Shown: in pieces, positions 16,602-27,350 of the stretch | Position numbering within the stretch: position 1 is the stretch's first letter | Layout: every line of letters begins with the position of its first letter | NCBI GenBank assembly: GCA_963666215.2 | Contig: CAXWPL010000005.1 | Coordinates: 64,001 to 128,000, forward strand | Direction of reading: 5' to 3' | DNA length: 64,000 nucleotides | DNA from: Acidobacteriota bacterium | GTDB lineage: Bacteria; Acidobacteriota; UBA890; WLXD01 | The notes under the pieces: generated by a model | Told to the model about the DNA's origin: nothing | The model's input: only the letters and a program-made list of their open reading frames with translations | Database searches by the model: none | Program-made: the position numbers and the translations under genes

Positions 16602-19520
16602 GTGAGACTCCTGACTGCCGCGCGACGTTTCCGGCCGGGCCGGTGCCTGTTGGTGTTCGTCGCGGTCGCACTGGCTGGCAATACCGGGGCACTTCCGGCG
16701 AGCGCGGCGGCACAAGAGCGGCTGTCGATACCTCTGCGTCTCCAAGAGCCCGCCGGTATTGCGCGGAACTCCGAACCTGTGACCGCTGGGGTGCCGCTGC
16801 CACGCAGCGCCGCCCTGCGCGACGTGGGGACGCTCGGTCTGCTCGACGAGCGCGGGCGCGACGTCGCAGTGCAAGCCCGCGTCCTGTCGCGCTGGGACGC
16901 GCCTGTGGGCGACGAGCGGGCTCCGATTCGCTGGTTGCAACTGCATTTTCAGGCCGACGTTCCCGCACATGGCGTGCGCGCATTCCAGGTCGTTCGCCTG
17001 GACGCTGACGGCGCCTATCGCCCGCGCGCGCAGGTCGGCATTGCGAGCGCCGAGCGTGGCGGCGTTGTTGTGAGAACCGGCCCTCTGTCTTTTTACGTCG
17101 ACGACGGGCCGTTCCGGCTGCTCGATGCCGTCCAGCTCGACCTCGATGGAGACGGCCGCCCCGACGTCGAACCGCTGCAACGCGGACACACCGGCGGCGT
17201 TCAGATCGGCCGGGTTGACGGCACCATCTACGAGTCGCGGCTCGACACTGCGTCGCGCACGCAGGTGCGCGTCGAGGAGAACGGCCCCCTGCACTCCGTG
17301 GTTCGCGTTGACGGAATCTTTCACTCTGCTACCAACGCTCGGGCCCGGCGAGACGACGGTTCGGCGGCTCTCGAGCATCTCGAGTACACCGCTCGCATCC
17401 ACGCCTATGCCGGCAAGTCGTGGGTGCGCGTTTTCCTTGCCGTGCGCAACCCCGACCGTTTTCTCACCACCCGGCACAACAACGGCGGCGAGCCGCTCGA
17501 ACATCAATTCGAGAGCTTCGAGCTACGGCTGCCGCTATCGAGCGGAGATTCTCGAGGCACGGCGCTCGCAAGCATCGGCGGCGAGGCTGTAACCGAGCGG
17601 GAGTTCCCCGCCAAGCAACGCGTTCAGCCACTCATCTCCGAGGCGTCGCTCGAGCACGGCGAGGAGCTGAGCGTCTACCAGGATTCGAGCGGCGGGCCGA
17701 ATTGGCAGGATAGCGACGACGGCTCGTGGGGCACTCGATTCGCGGGCTACCGAATTCGGCACACCACCGACGCGGCAAACCAGGGCAGCCGCGGCGTTGC
17801 CGGCGCCGCACGGGAAGTCAGCACTGGTGCCCAGGCAAGCGGCTGGGCCAACCTCGAATTCGGCAGTTGGGGCGCCGCTATCGCCATGCGCCACTTCTGG
17901 CAGAACTTTCCCAAGGGACTGCGGGTCGGCGGCGATGGGACCCTGATCCTCGAACTGTGGCCGGCCGCCTGGAGCGACACACATCGACTCGCCGGTGGCC
18001 GCCAGAAAACGCACGAGATCCTGCTCGACTTTCACGGCGACGTACCCCCCGGCCCCGGCAATCCGGATCGCAGCGCTGTAGCCGTGGCGAGACGCGGTCC
18101 GGCCGACCTCTCCGCGAGCTTCGCGGAGCCTCTCTACGCCACCGTACCGCCCACCTGGACGCGCGAGTCTTTGGCTCTGGGACCGATTTCGGTGCGCTCG
18201 AGCCCGCACGGATCTCTGGGCAACGATCCACTGCTGACTCGACTCGAGGCCACTGCCGACGCCGCCGCCGGGTTAGCCAGCGGTGCCGACGGGGTTTATT
18301 CCGAGCGCAGCAAAACCGACGCCTACGGCTGGCGCAACTGGGGCGACAGCTACCGCGACGGCAGCAAGAGCCGGCGGTCGTTCGGCAACAACGAGTTCGA
18401 CTTCGCCTACGGCCTGCTGCTCGAGTACGTCCGCAGTGAACGGCCGGAGAGACGTTTCTTCGACCTCGCCGAGTCGATGGTGCGCCATCTATCGGATATC
18501 GACATCTACCACACCGACGAGGACAGCTCGGCGTACTCCCGAGGCATCAGGCAGCACGACTACAGCGGCGCCAGGAACCACAGCGCCGCCCCACTACTGA
18601 GCCATGCGTGGATCCGCGGACTGCTGACCTACTACCTGCTAACCGGCGACCGTCAGGCGCTCGAAGCCGCCCAGGAGGTCGGGGGCTGGATCGAGGGGAT
18701 GATCGACGACAGCGGCGAGCTCGACTTCAACAAACAAAGCCGCTCACAGGCCTGGGCGGCGCTAGCACTGACCGAGCTCTGGGAGGTCACCGGAATCGAG
18801 CGCTATCGCGAGCGCGCACGTAGCCTGCTGCGGGCCGAAATTGTCGACGAGCAGAGCCTGAGGGGCGCGCTCTACCCGTGCGCGGCGCTCGACTGGGAGG
18901 GCGAGCCTGGCGACGTTGCCAAGCACGAGGTAGCCATCTGGCACAACGGCTACGTTGCTGAAGCGCTCGGGCGCTATGCCTTCGATGTGCGTATGGCGGG
19001 CCGTCCAGACGGGGAAATCGAGCACGCCCTGTCCCGCTTGCTCGACGCAATTAGCCGCTGCGGCTTCGCCACCGACGCCAATGGGCTCTTTGTCGACGGC
19101 GACTCCAAGCGCGACAACTCCATCGGAAGCCGGCGCTACGCCGCCCTCGTCATCGACCGTCTGTACGACGACGGCACCTATCGCATGGAGCTGCCCAACA
19201 ACCATCTGCTAACCAACGGCTACGCCTACGGTGCTCTGCTGAGCGAGAGCCGCGAGCGCCAAGGCGAGTACTTGCGGATGGCATACGAGACCTGGCGCTG
19301 GACGATGGGGCCCACCAGCGCTCCGGGCGTACCACGTGATCCGCCGCGCTACTGCTGCCCCGCCACACCAGCCAAGAACGCCGCTATGCGCATGCGCTTC
19401 GGTCAGGTCTTCCTGTGGCTGGCGCAGAGGCTCGGTCCGAACGGTCTACCAACCAAGCCCAACACACCTGCACAGCGTTCCTGCAGCGAGCCGTCGAGCA
19501 CTTCGCTTCGATGGGAGTAG
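16602..19520 (+). CDS. Large secreted protein, YetA/exo-rhamnogalacturonan-lyase-like; its C-terminal about 25 codons derive from an IS481 remnant
   Basis: Signal peptide, EPVTAGVPLP, EENGPL, WQNFPKG, YGWRNWGD, NNEFD, HLSDID, alpha/alpha-barrel-like C-terminus. Confidence 0.65.
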   Translation: MRLLTAARRFRPGRCLLVFVAVALAGNTGALPASAAAQERLSIPLRLQEPAGIARNSEPVTAGVPLPRSAALRDVGTLGLLDERGRDVAVQARVLSRWDAPVGDERAPIRWLQLHFQADVPAHGVRAFQVVRLDADGAYRPRAQVGIASAERGGVVVRTGPLSFYVDDGPFRLLDAVQLDLDGDGRPDVEPLQRGHTGGVQIGRVDGTIYESRLDTASRTQVRVEENGPLHSVVRVDGIFHSATNARARRDDGSAALEHLEYTARIHAYAGKSWVRVFLAVRNPDRFLTTRHNNGGEPLEHQFESFELRLPLSSGDSRGTALASIGGEAVTEREFPAKQRVQPLISEASLEHGEELSVYQDSSGGPNWQDSDDGSWGTRFAGYRIRHTTDAANQGSRGVAGAAREVSTGAQASGWANLEFGSWGAAIAMRHFWQNFPKGLRVGGDGTLILELWPAAWSDTHRLAGGRQKTHEILLDFHGDVPPGPGNPDRSAVAVARRGPADLSASFAEPLYATVPPTWTRESLALGPISVRSSPHGSLGNDPLLTRLEATADAAAGLASGADGVYSERSKTDAYGWRNWGDSYRDGSKSRRSFGNNEFDFAYGLLLEYVRSERPERRFFDLAESMVRHLSDIDIYHTDEDSSAYSRGIRQHDYSGARNHSAAPLLSHAWIRGLLTYYLLTGDRQALEAAQEVGGWIEGMIDDSGELDFNKQSRSQAWAALALTELWEVTGIERYRERARSLLRAEIVDEQSLRGALYPCAALDWEGEPGDVAKHEVAIWHNGYVAEALGRYAFDVRMAGRPDGEIEHALSRLLDAISRCGFATDANGLFVDGDSKRDNSIGSRRYAALVIDRLYDDGTYRMELPNNHLLTNGYAYGALLSESRERQGEYLRMAYETWRWTMGPTSAPGVPRDPPRYCCPATPAKNAAMRMRFGQVFLWLAQRLGPNGLPTKPNTPAQRSCSEPSSTSLRWE

Positions 19521-19843
19521 CGGTGCGCCGAGTGATGACAGACAACGGGCCTGGCTACGTCTCGAAGCGCTTCAATCGCCTATGCCATCAACTCGAGATC
19601 CGGCACATTTACACCCGGCCCTACACCCCCAGAACCAACGGCAAAGCCGAACGCTTCATCCGCACACTCAAGGAGCAGTGGGCCTACGGCACCTGCTACC
19701 AGACCTCAGCTCGACGTACTCGAGCTCTACGGCCCTGGCTCAACCACTACAATCGTCACCGTCCCCACGCCGGCATCGGCATGACACCGCCGATCGCTCG
19801 GCTCTCAGGGGTGAGTTCGTGAACAACCTACCTAGAACTCACA
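19445..19843 (+). mobile_element. 3' remnant of an IS481-family element (integrase core and right end)
   Basis: VMTDNG, TRPYTPRTNGKAERFIRT, YNRHRPH. End reads GTGAACAACCTACCTAGAACTCACA (..ACA terminus). 5' part absent. Confidence 0.85.
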
Positions 19844-19892
19844 TCTAGTGCGGATCGGCCGACCCGTCAACCGCCTTAACCACCAAAGTTCT

Positions 19893-20798
19893 CTACATCA
19901 TGCGGGCGAGGATTCTTTGCGACTGCTCGGAAGTCAGCGCTGGGTCGCGGAAGCAGAGAGGACCGCCGTCCTCGAGCACCGGTTCGCGGTCTTCAAGCGC
20001 TGGCTTTTGGTGCTCGAAGAACTGGCCGATGTAGATATCGTCGCCCCAGATCAGCGCCTTCTCGCAGGCGGCCTTCCAATCGCTCACGTCGTGGCCCTCG
20101 TCCTCGAGCTTGCGCACGCGAGGGCGGAAGAAGGCGTAGTCGTTGTCGTGGTTGAAGGTCACACAAGGACTGAAGATGTCGATGAGCGAGAAGCCTCGAT
20201 GCTCGATGGCCTTGCGCATGAGCATGGCGAGGTGCTTCGGATCACCCGAGTAGCCACGGGCCACGAATGTTGCTCCGGCCATGATCGCCGACGTGATGGG
20301 ATTGATCGGAGCCTCGACGTTGCCGAACGGGGTCGACTTGGTCTTCATCCCCTCGCGGCTCGTGGGTGAGACCTGGCCGGTGGTCAGGCCGTAGATCTGG
20401 TTGTTCATCACGAAGTAGTTGATGTCGATGTTGCGCCGCGCGATGTGGGTGAGGTGGTTGCCGCCAATCCCGTAGCCGTCGCCGTCACCGCCGGTGGCGA
20501 TGACCGTGAGCTCATGGTTGGCGAGCTTGGCTCCCGTAGCGTGCGGTAGCGAGCGTCCGTGCAGCGTGTGCATGCCGTACGCGTTGAAGAAGCCCGGGAA
20601 GTTCGACGAGCAACCGATTCCACTCACAACCAGCATGCGGTGGGGTTCGAGCCCCATTTCAGCGGCCACGCCGGCGAGCGTTTTCAGCACGCCAAAATCG
20701 CCACAACCGGGGCACCAGTCGGGCTCGACCTTGCCCTTGAAGTCCTTCGCGGTCAGCTGAACCATCGTCGAATCAGGCACGTCGGCCTCCTCGGGCAT
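19893..20798 (-). CDS. korB: 2-oxoacid:ferredoxin oxidoreductase beta subunit
   Basis: WCPGCGDF, SGIGCS, HGR, GGDGD, IYGLTTGQ, SPCVTFN. Confidence 0.93.
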   Translation of the reverse strand: MPEEADVPDSTMVQLTAKDFKGKVEPDWCPGCGDFGVLKTLAGVAAEMGLEPHRMLVVSGIGCSSNFPGFFNAYGMHTLHGRSLPHATGAKLANHELTVIATGGDGDGYGIGGNHLTHIARRNIDINYFVMNNQIYGLTTGQVSPTSREGMKTKSTPFGNVEAPINPITSAIMAGATFVARGYSGDPKHLAMLMRKAIEHRGFSLIDIFSPCVTFNHDNDYAFFRPRVRKLEDEGHDVSDWKAACEKALIWGDDIYIGQFFEHQKPALEDREPVLEDGGPLCFRDPALTSEQSQRILARMM

Positions 20799-20900
20799 CG
20801 CATTCGTTAGTCATCATATCTTGATCACTCGAGCTCACCGTTGACGCTTCCGGGTGTGACCGAGCGTCGTGGGTTTTCTGAGGCGCGACGTCGAACCGGC

Positions 20901-22730
20901 TCATACGACGATCTCCTGCTCTGGCACGAACACGCCGTCCGCGCCTACGTCGCCGGCCAGGTGCTCGAGCACGCCGGCCACGATGTGATGCGGCTGGAAG
21001 GGCTCACCGTCGTACTTGCGGATGTGGCCATCGGCGGAAAATCCGGTCTCGCTGCGCAGGTAGCGGGCGAACTGGCCGGAGAAGTTGTTCTCGACGATGA
21101 GCGTCTTGGCTGCTCCGCCTAACGCCGCCATCACGGCCTTGCCGTCGAACGGCACGATCCACTTGATCGACAGATGATTGGCGCTTGTGCCCATCACGGC
21201 GAGTTGGCCGATCGCCTCCTGGATCACGCCGTGGGTCGAGCCGAAGCCAATCAGAGTTACGCTGGCGTCCGACTCCCCCTCGAGCGCTGGCGTCTCTAGC
21301 ATCTTCAGAACATCGTCCATCTTGCGGGCGCGTTTCTCGACCATCGCGCGCCGCTTGTGAGGGTTGGTGTACTCGTCGGAGATCAGCACGCTGTCCTCGT
21401 CGTGCTCGTCGGTGGCGACAACATGCACGTAGCCCGGCACGCCCGGGATGGCCCGTGGCGAGATTCCCGATTCGGTCATCTCGTAGCGCTTGTAGCCCGC
21501 GCCCTCGCGAGTGGCCGGGTCTGCGGGACCGTCACCGTCGTTGGCTCGGCCTTCGGTGATCAGCAAACCGCGATTGATCTCCGGCTGCATGTTGATGTCG
21601 GCGGGATCAACGCTGAACGTGCCCTCGGAAATCAGCAAGTCCGAGAGCAACATGCCCGGGCACTGGCAGTGATCAACGAGATCGAACAGCTCGGGAACCG
21701 TGTTGTAGGCATCGAGCGCGTCGCGCGGCGCAACGATGAACTTCTCGAAATCCCCCTGGCTCGCACCCAGCATCTGCCAAAGGTCGGCCTGCTCTGTCTT
21801 CGTGGGAACTCCTGTCGAGGGACCGGCCCGCATCACGTTGATGAAGACCACCGGAATCTCCATCATCGCCGCGGCGCCCACCGCCTCGGTCATCAGAGCG
21901 AAGCCGCCGCCGGCAGTGGCGCACATCGAGCGTACGCCCGCATGGGCAGCACCAATCGCCATGTTGGCGACGCTGATCTCGTCCTCCACCTGGCGCACCA
22001 TGATGCCGCACTCGTGGGCGTTCTTGGCCATCCAGTGCAGCACCCCCGTCGCCGGGCTCATTGGGTAGGCACAGTAGAACTTCACGCCCGCCGCGGCGCC
22101 GCCCATGGCAAGCGCTTCGTTGCCTGTCCACACGGCCTGGGGCGTGCCGAGCTGCGGAATCGGCGTCGGGAACGACTCGAAGTTCGCCTTGGCGTAGTCG
22201 TAGCCAGCGCGGGCGACGTCGACGTTCTGCTTGACCACCTCGTCCCCCTTCCGTCCGAACAGCAGCCTCAGACCGTCCTCGAGCACATTGAAGTCGATTC
22301 CCAGCAGCGCGTTGATCACACCCACCGCGATCGTGTTCTGGATGAGCTTGTTGGTGCTGCCGTCGGCCAGCTCCTTGACCGGGACACCGCACATCCCGAC
22401 CCCATCGTGAGCCGGGGTGCCGGGCGCGATGGCGTCGCTGTTGAACACGACGCGTGTGCCGTCACCCATGTGGCGCAGATGGCGATCCATCGTGTCTTGG
22501 TTGAGGCACACGAGTAGATCCATCTTGTCGCCATGCGTGGCCACCGGCTTGTCGCTCACGCGCAGCGTCAGGAAGATGTGTCCGCCGCGAATAATCGACT
22601 GGTAGGCGTTGTAGGCGTACAGGTGAAGGCCGCGCCTGACGATCGTCCGAGCGATCAAGTTTCCGGGCGTCGCGATGCCCTGCCCGGCGGCACCGCCGAT
22701 CGCGATCGCCAGGTCGTAGGTGTTCGACAT
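20901..22730 (-). CDS. korA: 2-oxoacid:ferredoxin oxidoreductase alpha subunit
   Basis: GGAAGQG, YPMSPAT, QVEDEI, GGGFALM, RAGPSTG, VENNFSGQF. Confidence 0.93.
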   Translation of the reverse strand: MSNTYDLAIAIGGAAGQGIATPGNLIARTIVRRGLHLYAYNAYQSIIRGGHIFLTLRVSDKPVATHGDKMDLLVCLNQDTMDRHLRHMGDGTRVVFNSDAIAPGTPAHDGVGMCGVPVKELADGSTNKLIQNTIAVGVINALLGIDFNVLEDGLRLLFGRKGDEVVKQNVDVARAGYDYAKANFESFPTPIPQLGTPQAVWTGNEALAMGGAAAGVKFYCAYPMSPATGVLHWMAKNAHECGIMVRQVEDEISVANMAIGAAHAGVRSMCATAGGGFALMTEAVGAAAMMEIPVVFINVMRAGPSTGVPTKTEQADLWQMLGASQGDFEKFIVAPRDALDAYNTVPELFDLVDHCQCPGMLLSDLLISEGTFSVDPADINMQPEINRGLLITEGRANDGDGPADPATREGAGYKRYEMTESGISPRAIPGVPGYVHVVATDEHDEDSVLISDEYTNPHKRRAMVEKRARKMDDVLKMLETPALEGESDASVTLIGFGSTHGVIQEAIGQLAVMGTSANHLSIKWIVPFDGKAVMAALGGAAKTLIVENNFSGQFARYLRSETGFSADGHIRKYDGEPFQPHHIVAGVLEHLAGDVGADGVFVPEQEIVV

Positions 22731-22888
22731 CAAGGTCTCCGATCTTGCTTCGTGAAGTTCGATCTTCGCGTACGTCGCGCTTCGTCTGGTTTGGTTACTT
22801 GGTCATTTCTTCTGAGGGCCGACAGGCCACCGATTCGCCTCGGCGCAGTTGTCCGCGCAGCTGTCCGCGACGCAATTGTCTCTCGGCC

Positions 22889-23980
22889 TCACCCGGATGG
22901 CAACGTGGGTTCGGCTGATCGCGACTCGGCTCGAACGTCGCGGCACGTTCTCGACACCCAACGGAGCGCGGCCAGGATGGCGCATGCATACGTCAAAGCC
23001 GCCAGAGTGGCTACCGCTGGCGGCAGCCGCGACACCCTCCAGCCGAGCACAGCCGCCGCGATGGCCACGATCCAGAGCAAACGCGCCGTCGCCGCCATTC
23101 CGAAGCGTCGGGCCAGCTTGTGGGCAACGTGGTCTGACCCGCCGCCGACGAACGGACTGAAGCCACGGCGAAGCCGACCGACGACAACGAATCCCGTGTC
23201 GGCGAGTGGCACCGACAGGATGAGAAGCGGCGCGATCCAGCTGCTTGCCGGATGATCGCCAGGCTGCCGAGCTGCGATCCCCAGGACCGCCAGGCACATA
23301 CCGATGGGCAAACTGCCCGCGTCGCCGAGAAAAACGCGTGCTGGGGCGACGTTGTAAAGAAGAAAGCCGATGCAGGCGCCCGCGAGAACCGCACCCAGCC
23401 GTTGCGCCAGCTCACCCCCCGGCGCCGACGACAGGGCAACGAAACCGAGCCCGGCGATCGCCGCCACCCCAGGGGCAACGCCATCGCTGTTGTCGAGCAG
23501 GTTGAGCGCGTGAGTGATCGTCAGAATCCAGAGTAACGACAGCACCCAGGCCAGCCAGGCGGGCAGCGGCAAGCTCACGCGGACGCCCATCCCGACCAGC
23601 GCCCCGGCGGCGACGAACGTGGCGCCGAGCTTGGCCCACGCTCGCAGACGCGCGTGGTCGTCCCACACTCCGATCGCGCACATTGCTGCCCCGAGGCCCA
23701 CGATTACCCCTACAACCCCGCGTTCGCGCGCCGGTGTGATGGCGGCCATCGCCACGGCCACGGCCGTCCAAACCGCGACCCCTCCCAGTAGCGGGATTCC
23801 CGCTGACTCCTCAACTGCCGTTGCCGCGACCGGTCGCTGGGTGCCGCCAATCACGACGGGCCTGTCGCATGCACCCGACCGGTCCACCACGCCGAGTCGT
23901 CGTGCCAGGGCGGCGAACAGTGGCGTGAGCAGCAGCGAGAGCCCGCACGCCGCCAGCAACCCGGTAACCTGGTCGCTCAT
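22889..23980 (-). CDS. MraY/WecA-family polyprenyl-phosphate GlcNAc-1-P transferase
   Basis: PLLGGVA, GVWDD, NLLDNSDG, FLGDAGS, DHVAH. Confidence 0.85.
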   Translation of the reverse strand: MSDQVTGLLAACGLSLLLTPLFAALARRLGVVDRSGACDRPVVIGGTQRPVAATAVEESAGIPLLGGVAVWTAVAVAMAAITPARERGVVGVIVGLGAAMCAIGVWDDHARLRAWAKLGATFVAAGALVGMGVRVSLPLPAWLAWVLSLLWILTITHALNLLDNSDGVAPGVAAIAGLGFVALSSAPGGELAQRLGAVLAGACIGFLLYNVAPARVFLGDAGSLPIGMCLAVLGIAARQPGDHPASSWIAPLLILSVPLADTGFVVVGRLRRGFSPFVGGGSDHVAHKLARRFGMAATARLLWIVAIAAAVLGWRVSRLPPAVATLAALTYACAILAALRWVSRTCRDVRAESRSAEPTLPSG

Positions 23981-25893
23981 CGCGGCTCGGGCTCGGGCGC
24001 CGGTTCTTGCGAGCCAGGCACATCGTCCAGTGCCTGGCTCTGTGAGCTGATCTCGATCTCGAGCTGTTGCACACGGCGTTCGAGAACCCGGCGCTCTGGC
24101 ACCGTCACCGACCTGGCCAGCGCGGCCTGGAGCTGCTGCAGCGCGCGCGCGGACTGGCCCAGGCGATAGAACAGCTCACCACGCGCTCGGAATCCGACCG
24201 ACGACTGGGGCCGCAGCAGGCTCAGCGCCTCGGCGGCCCGCAACGCGCGCCGCAGCTGTCCAGCTCGGGTGAAATGGCCGACCAGTGCGCTGTAGGCACT
24301 CGCCGAATCGATCCAGGCCGGCAACCGACCTCCCAGCTTCGACAGCCCGTCGACGCTCACGACTCCGGTTCCGAGCCACTCGATGTCGAGCAGCTGTTCA
24401 GTCTCGAGGTACGTGCGCCCATCGTTAGGGTTCAGCCGCAGGGCGGTCTGGAGATGCGCACTGGCCAAAAGTCGATCGTCGCGTGCGAGCGCCAGGCGAC
24501 CGAGCTCTCTGGCCACCGAAGCCGAGCTCGGCTGCAGGGTACGCGCGATCTCCAGATTGCGGGCTGCCTCGCCGAGCCCTTCCGACCCTGCATCCACGCC
24601 GGCAGCGATCTGCAGGCGGGCAAGCTCGAGATAGGTACTTGGATCCAACGGCTGCAGGTCAACGGCGTGGGCAAGCGCCGCCATTGCCCGATCGCGATTC
24701 GCGCGACGCTCACGCCCAGTGGGCAGCCAACGCGTCCTGCGGTCGAGCAGGTTGGCCATCGACGCCCAGTACACCGCCTCCCTGGGCTGAAGATCGAGCG
24801 CCAGCTGCTCGAGAGTGACGGCGTGCGCCACGACCGGCGGATCGCCGCTATCGGAGAGGGACATCGCCTGCGCGTGCAACACGTCGGCGCGAACTGACCT
24901 GAGCGGCCCCCAGCGTGGCAGTAGCCAGCCAACAAACAAAATCAGAGCCGTCATCGCGACCGAAGCGACGACACGGCTCAGCGACGCCCTCAACCGCTGG
25001 CGGGCCTGGCGAACCTGCATGCTACTCAACACCAGACCGAGACCGAGTGTGAACAGCAGAAGTAGAGCCTGGTGGCGGTCGAACACTCGTGAGGCACCGA
25101 CTGCCGCTCGTACGATGTCAGCCTCGGCGCCGGCCCCATCGATCGCGCGGAGCTGCATCGCGTGCCAGGCAGTGTAGCCGCCTAACGCGATCGCCGCCGA
25201 AGTCGCCGCTGTCGATGAACGGATCGATCTGCTCCATTGTGTCGGACGCGGCGCCCGAGCCGACACAGCGGCGCCACGCCACCACGCGATCCAGCCCCAC
25301 GCCACGAACAGTGACGCCAAAGGCACAGCGACAACCGCCAGGGAAACGCCAAACACCGAAGGGAGCCGCAGAGCGAACACGAGATTGGCCGCGATCATCG
25401 CAACAACCAGTCCTTCGGCCACGGCGCTCGGCCGTCCGCGGTCGACCGCGCGTTGACGGTCAAGGGCGAAAAGAACCCGCCGGCCATGACGGCAGCCCGC
25501 CGAAGAGCTCGCCACAGCAACCACGACGCCGAGCAAGACCCACCGATAGAGTCGGTCTGTTGTCACCGTCACACCCAGCTGAGCGGCGATCAGGTGTCCG
25601 AGCAACGCTCCGCCGACGAGGCACACCAGTCTGCGCTCGTAGCTCAGAGCGCCCAAATCGCTCAGACAGGCGAGACCGGGGATGCGGCGCTGCCGAACGT
25701 CGGAGACTTCGGGAGGCGCTTCCGACATACCCGTGAGGATCATGCAAATTGAAAGCACAAAGAACGCGGCGATAACACCGGCCACCGCACCGATAGGGAC
25801 GAACGACGCTCCAACCCCTGCATACAACGCGGTGCCGCCTTGCGCATGTTGCTTCGCGGCGCCGCGCTCGCCATCGCATCCGACCTGACGCAC
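23977..25893 (-). pseudogene. C-terminal part of an O-antigen-ligase-like membrane protein with TPR tail; N-terminus apparently deleted
   Basis: TM segments (GALLGHLIAAQLG) followed by TPR-like repeats (AVDLQPLD, ALRLNPND). No convincing start. Abuts a GT4 stub. Confidence 0.55.
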
Positions 25894-25919
25894 GAGATGC
25901 TGCTCGAAGCCGGCTCGGC

Positions 25920-26014
25920 TGACCCGCCGCCTGCGCGCCGGCCAGAAGGCGTACGTGGTGCTCGATCCCGCCGAACACCGGTGGGTAGTCCTTGAAGACG
26001 TGGAGGATCCGCAC
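25920..26014 (-). pseudogene. N-terminal stub of a GT4 glycosyltransferase
   Basis: MRILHVFKDYPPVFGGIEHHVRLLAGAQAAG, after which homology stops. Confidence 0.75.
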
Positions 26015-26016
26015 GA

Positions 26017-27177
26017 TCAGGATTCCGAGCCTGCGGGTCGCGAACGGAGGGCGTCCTCGTAGGCTTCGAGCGAGCGGCGAGCCACTTCCGCCCAGCTCCC
26101 CTTCGCTGCGCGCTCCCTTCCCCGCCGAGCGAGCGCCGCGCGACGCCCATCGGCAGCCAGAAGGCTGGCCAGAGCGCTGGCGAGAGCGTCGCTCGAACGT
26201 GGGTCGAAGACCTCCGAGACCTCGCCCAGGACTTCGTCGAAGACGGCGATCGATGAGCGCAACACGGCCGTGCCACTCGCCATCGCCTCGAGCGCGGGGA
26301 ATCCGAAGCCCTCCTGAAGCGAGGGCATGATGAACAGAGCGGCTCCGGAATAAGCAGCCCGCAGCTCAGCCTCGCTCAGCACTCCGAGCAGCACGACGCC
26401 TGCGCGCTCCGCTATCGCCTGCTCTTCACGCCGAATGGCGCCAACGATCACCAGGGAATGACCGCGGCGCGTCCTGGTATCCAACGTCGCCCAGGCCCCC
26501 AACACGCTGCCGATGTTCTTGTGCCGGCGCACGTTTCCGAGAGTCAGCACATACCGCTCTGGCAAGTCGAGCCCTCGATTGCCCTCGACACCGTGCTCCG
26601 CCAGGAAGCGCGGATCAACTGCGGCAGATGTGACGCGCAGACGATCGCGCACGCCCGGACGGTAGCGGAGCAACTCGCGTGCGGTCGAGGCTGACAACGT
26701 CAGCAACGAGTCCGCGCGTCGCAGCACGGCGTTCAGCAAGAGCCGATACGCCTGCCTCCGCAGGCCGCCCAGTCCGAACGCGCGGTCGAGCGCGACAAGG
26801 TCATACACGGTAACTGCCAGCGCACACTTGAGCCTCAGCGGCGCCATCAGGAAGGGAACGTGCAGGAGATTCCAGCCGTGCCGGCGCGCCAAGTGCGGCA
26901 TCTCGCGCTGCTCGAGAACGGTGCGCGTAGGGCAGTTGGTGGGAAGCGTTCGGACCCCGGCGTCAGCGAGCTCCTCGAGGTCGTAGCGCGCGCTCCAACG
27001 GCTGGGGTCGTAGAGAAACTGCAGCTGCAAGCTCTGGGGAAGCTCGGCGAGAGCGAGCGCGAGGTTGAACGTATAGCGCGCAATACCCGGGTATCCATCG
27101 GCAACGTATCGCCCATCGAGGCAGACGCGAGCGGAGACGGCCGGATGTTTCCTCCGAGGTTGCCGATTACCGCCCAA
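26017..27177 (-). CDS. GT4 glycosyltransferase (start uncertain)
   Basis: RVCLDGR, GIARY, VTVYDL, HKNI, EGFGFPALEAMASG. Confidence 0.85.
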   Translation of the reverse strand: MGGNRQPRRKHPAVSARVCLDGRYVADGYPGIARYTFNLALALAELPQSLQLQFLYDPSRWSARYDLEELADAGVRTLPTNCPTRTVLEQREMPHLARRHGWNLLHVPFLMAPLRLKCALAVTVYDLVALDRAFGLGGLRRQAYRLLLNAVLRRADSLLTLSASTARELLRYRPGVRDRLRVTSAAVDPRFLAEHGVEGNRGLDLPERYVLTLGNVRRHKNIGSVLGAWATLDTRTRRGHSLVIVGAIRREEQAIAERAGVVLLGVLSEAELRAAYSGAALFIMPSLQEGFGFPALEAMASGTAVLRSSIAVFDEVLGEVSEVFDPRSSDALASALASLLAADGRRAALARRGRERAAKGSWAEVARRSLEAYEDALRSRPAGSES

Positions 27178-27256
27178 ATCTCAGAGTGCTCCCCGGTGAA
27201 CAAGCTGGCCACGGCCAGGCAACTGGCCCTGGGCCGGCATGATCACCTGCGGTTTC

Positions 27257-27271
27257 CTTACGATTCTTTAC
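27257..27271 (-). promoter_or_regulatory. CpxR-box-like direct repeat
   Basis: Minus strand GTAAA-GAATC-GTAAG fits GTAAA-N5-GTAAA and lies upstream of the cpxR-like gene. Confidence 0.55.
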
Positions 27272-27350
27272 CTTCGGACCTCGCTGCCAACGTCCGCGGC
27301 TCTGCTAGGCTCAATTGAGCACAACTACGGTCGGGCGAGCACACTACGAC

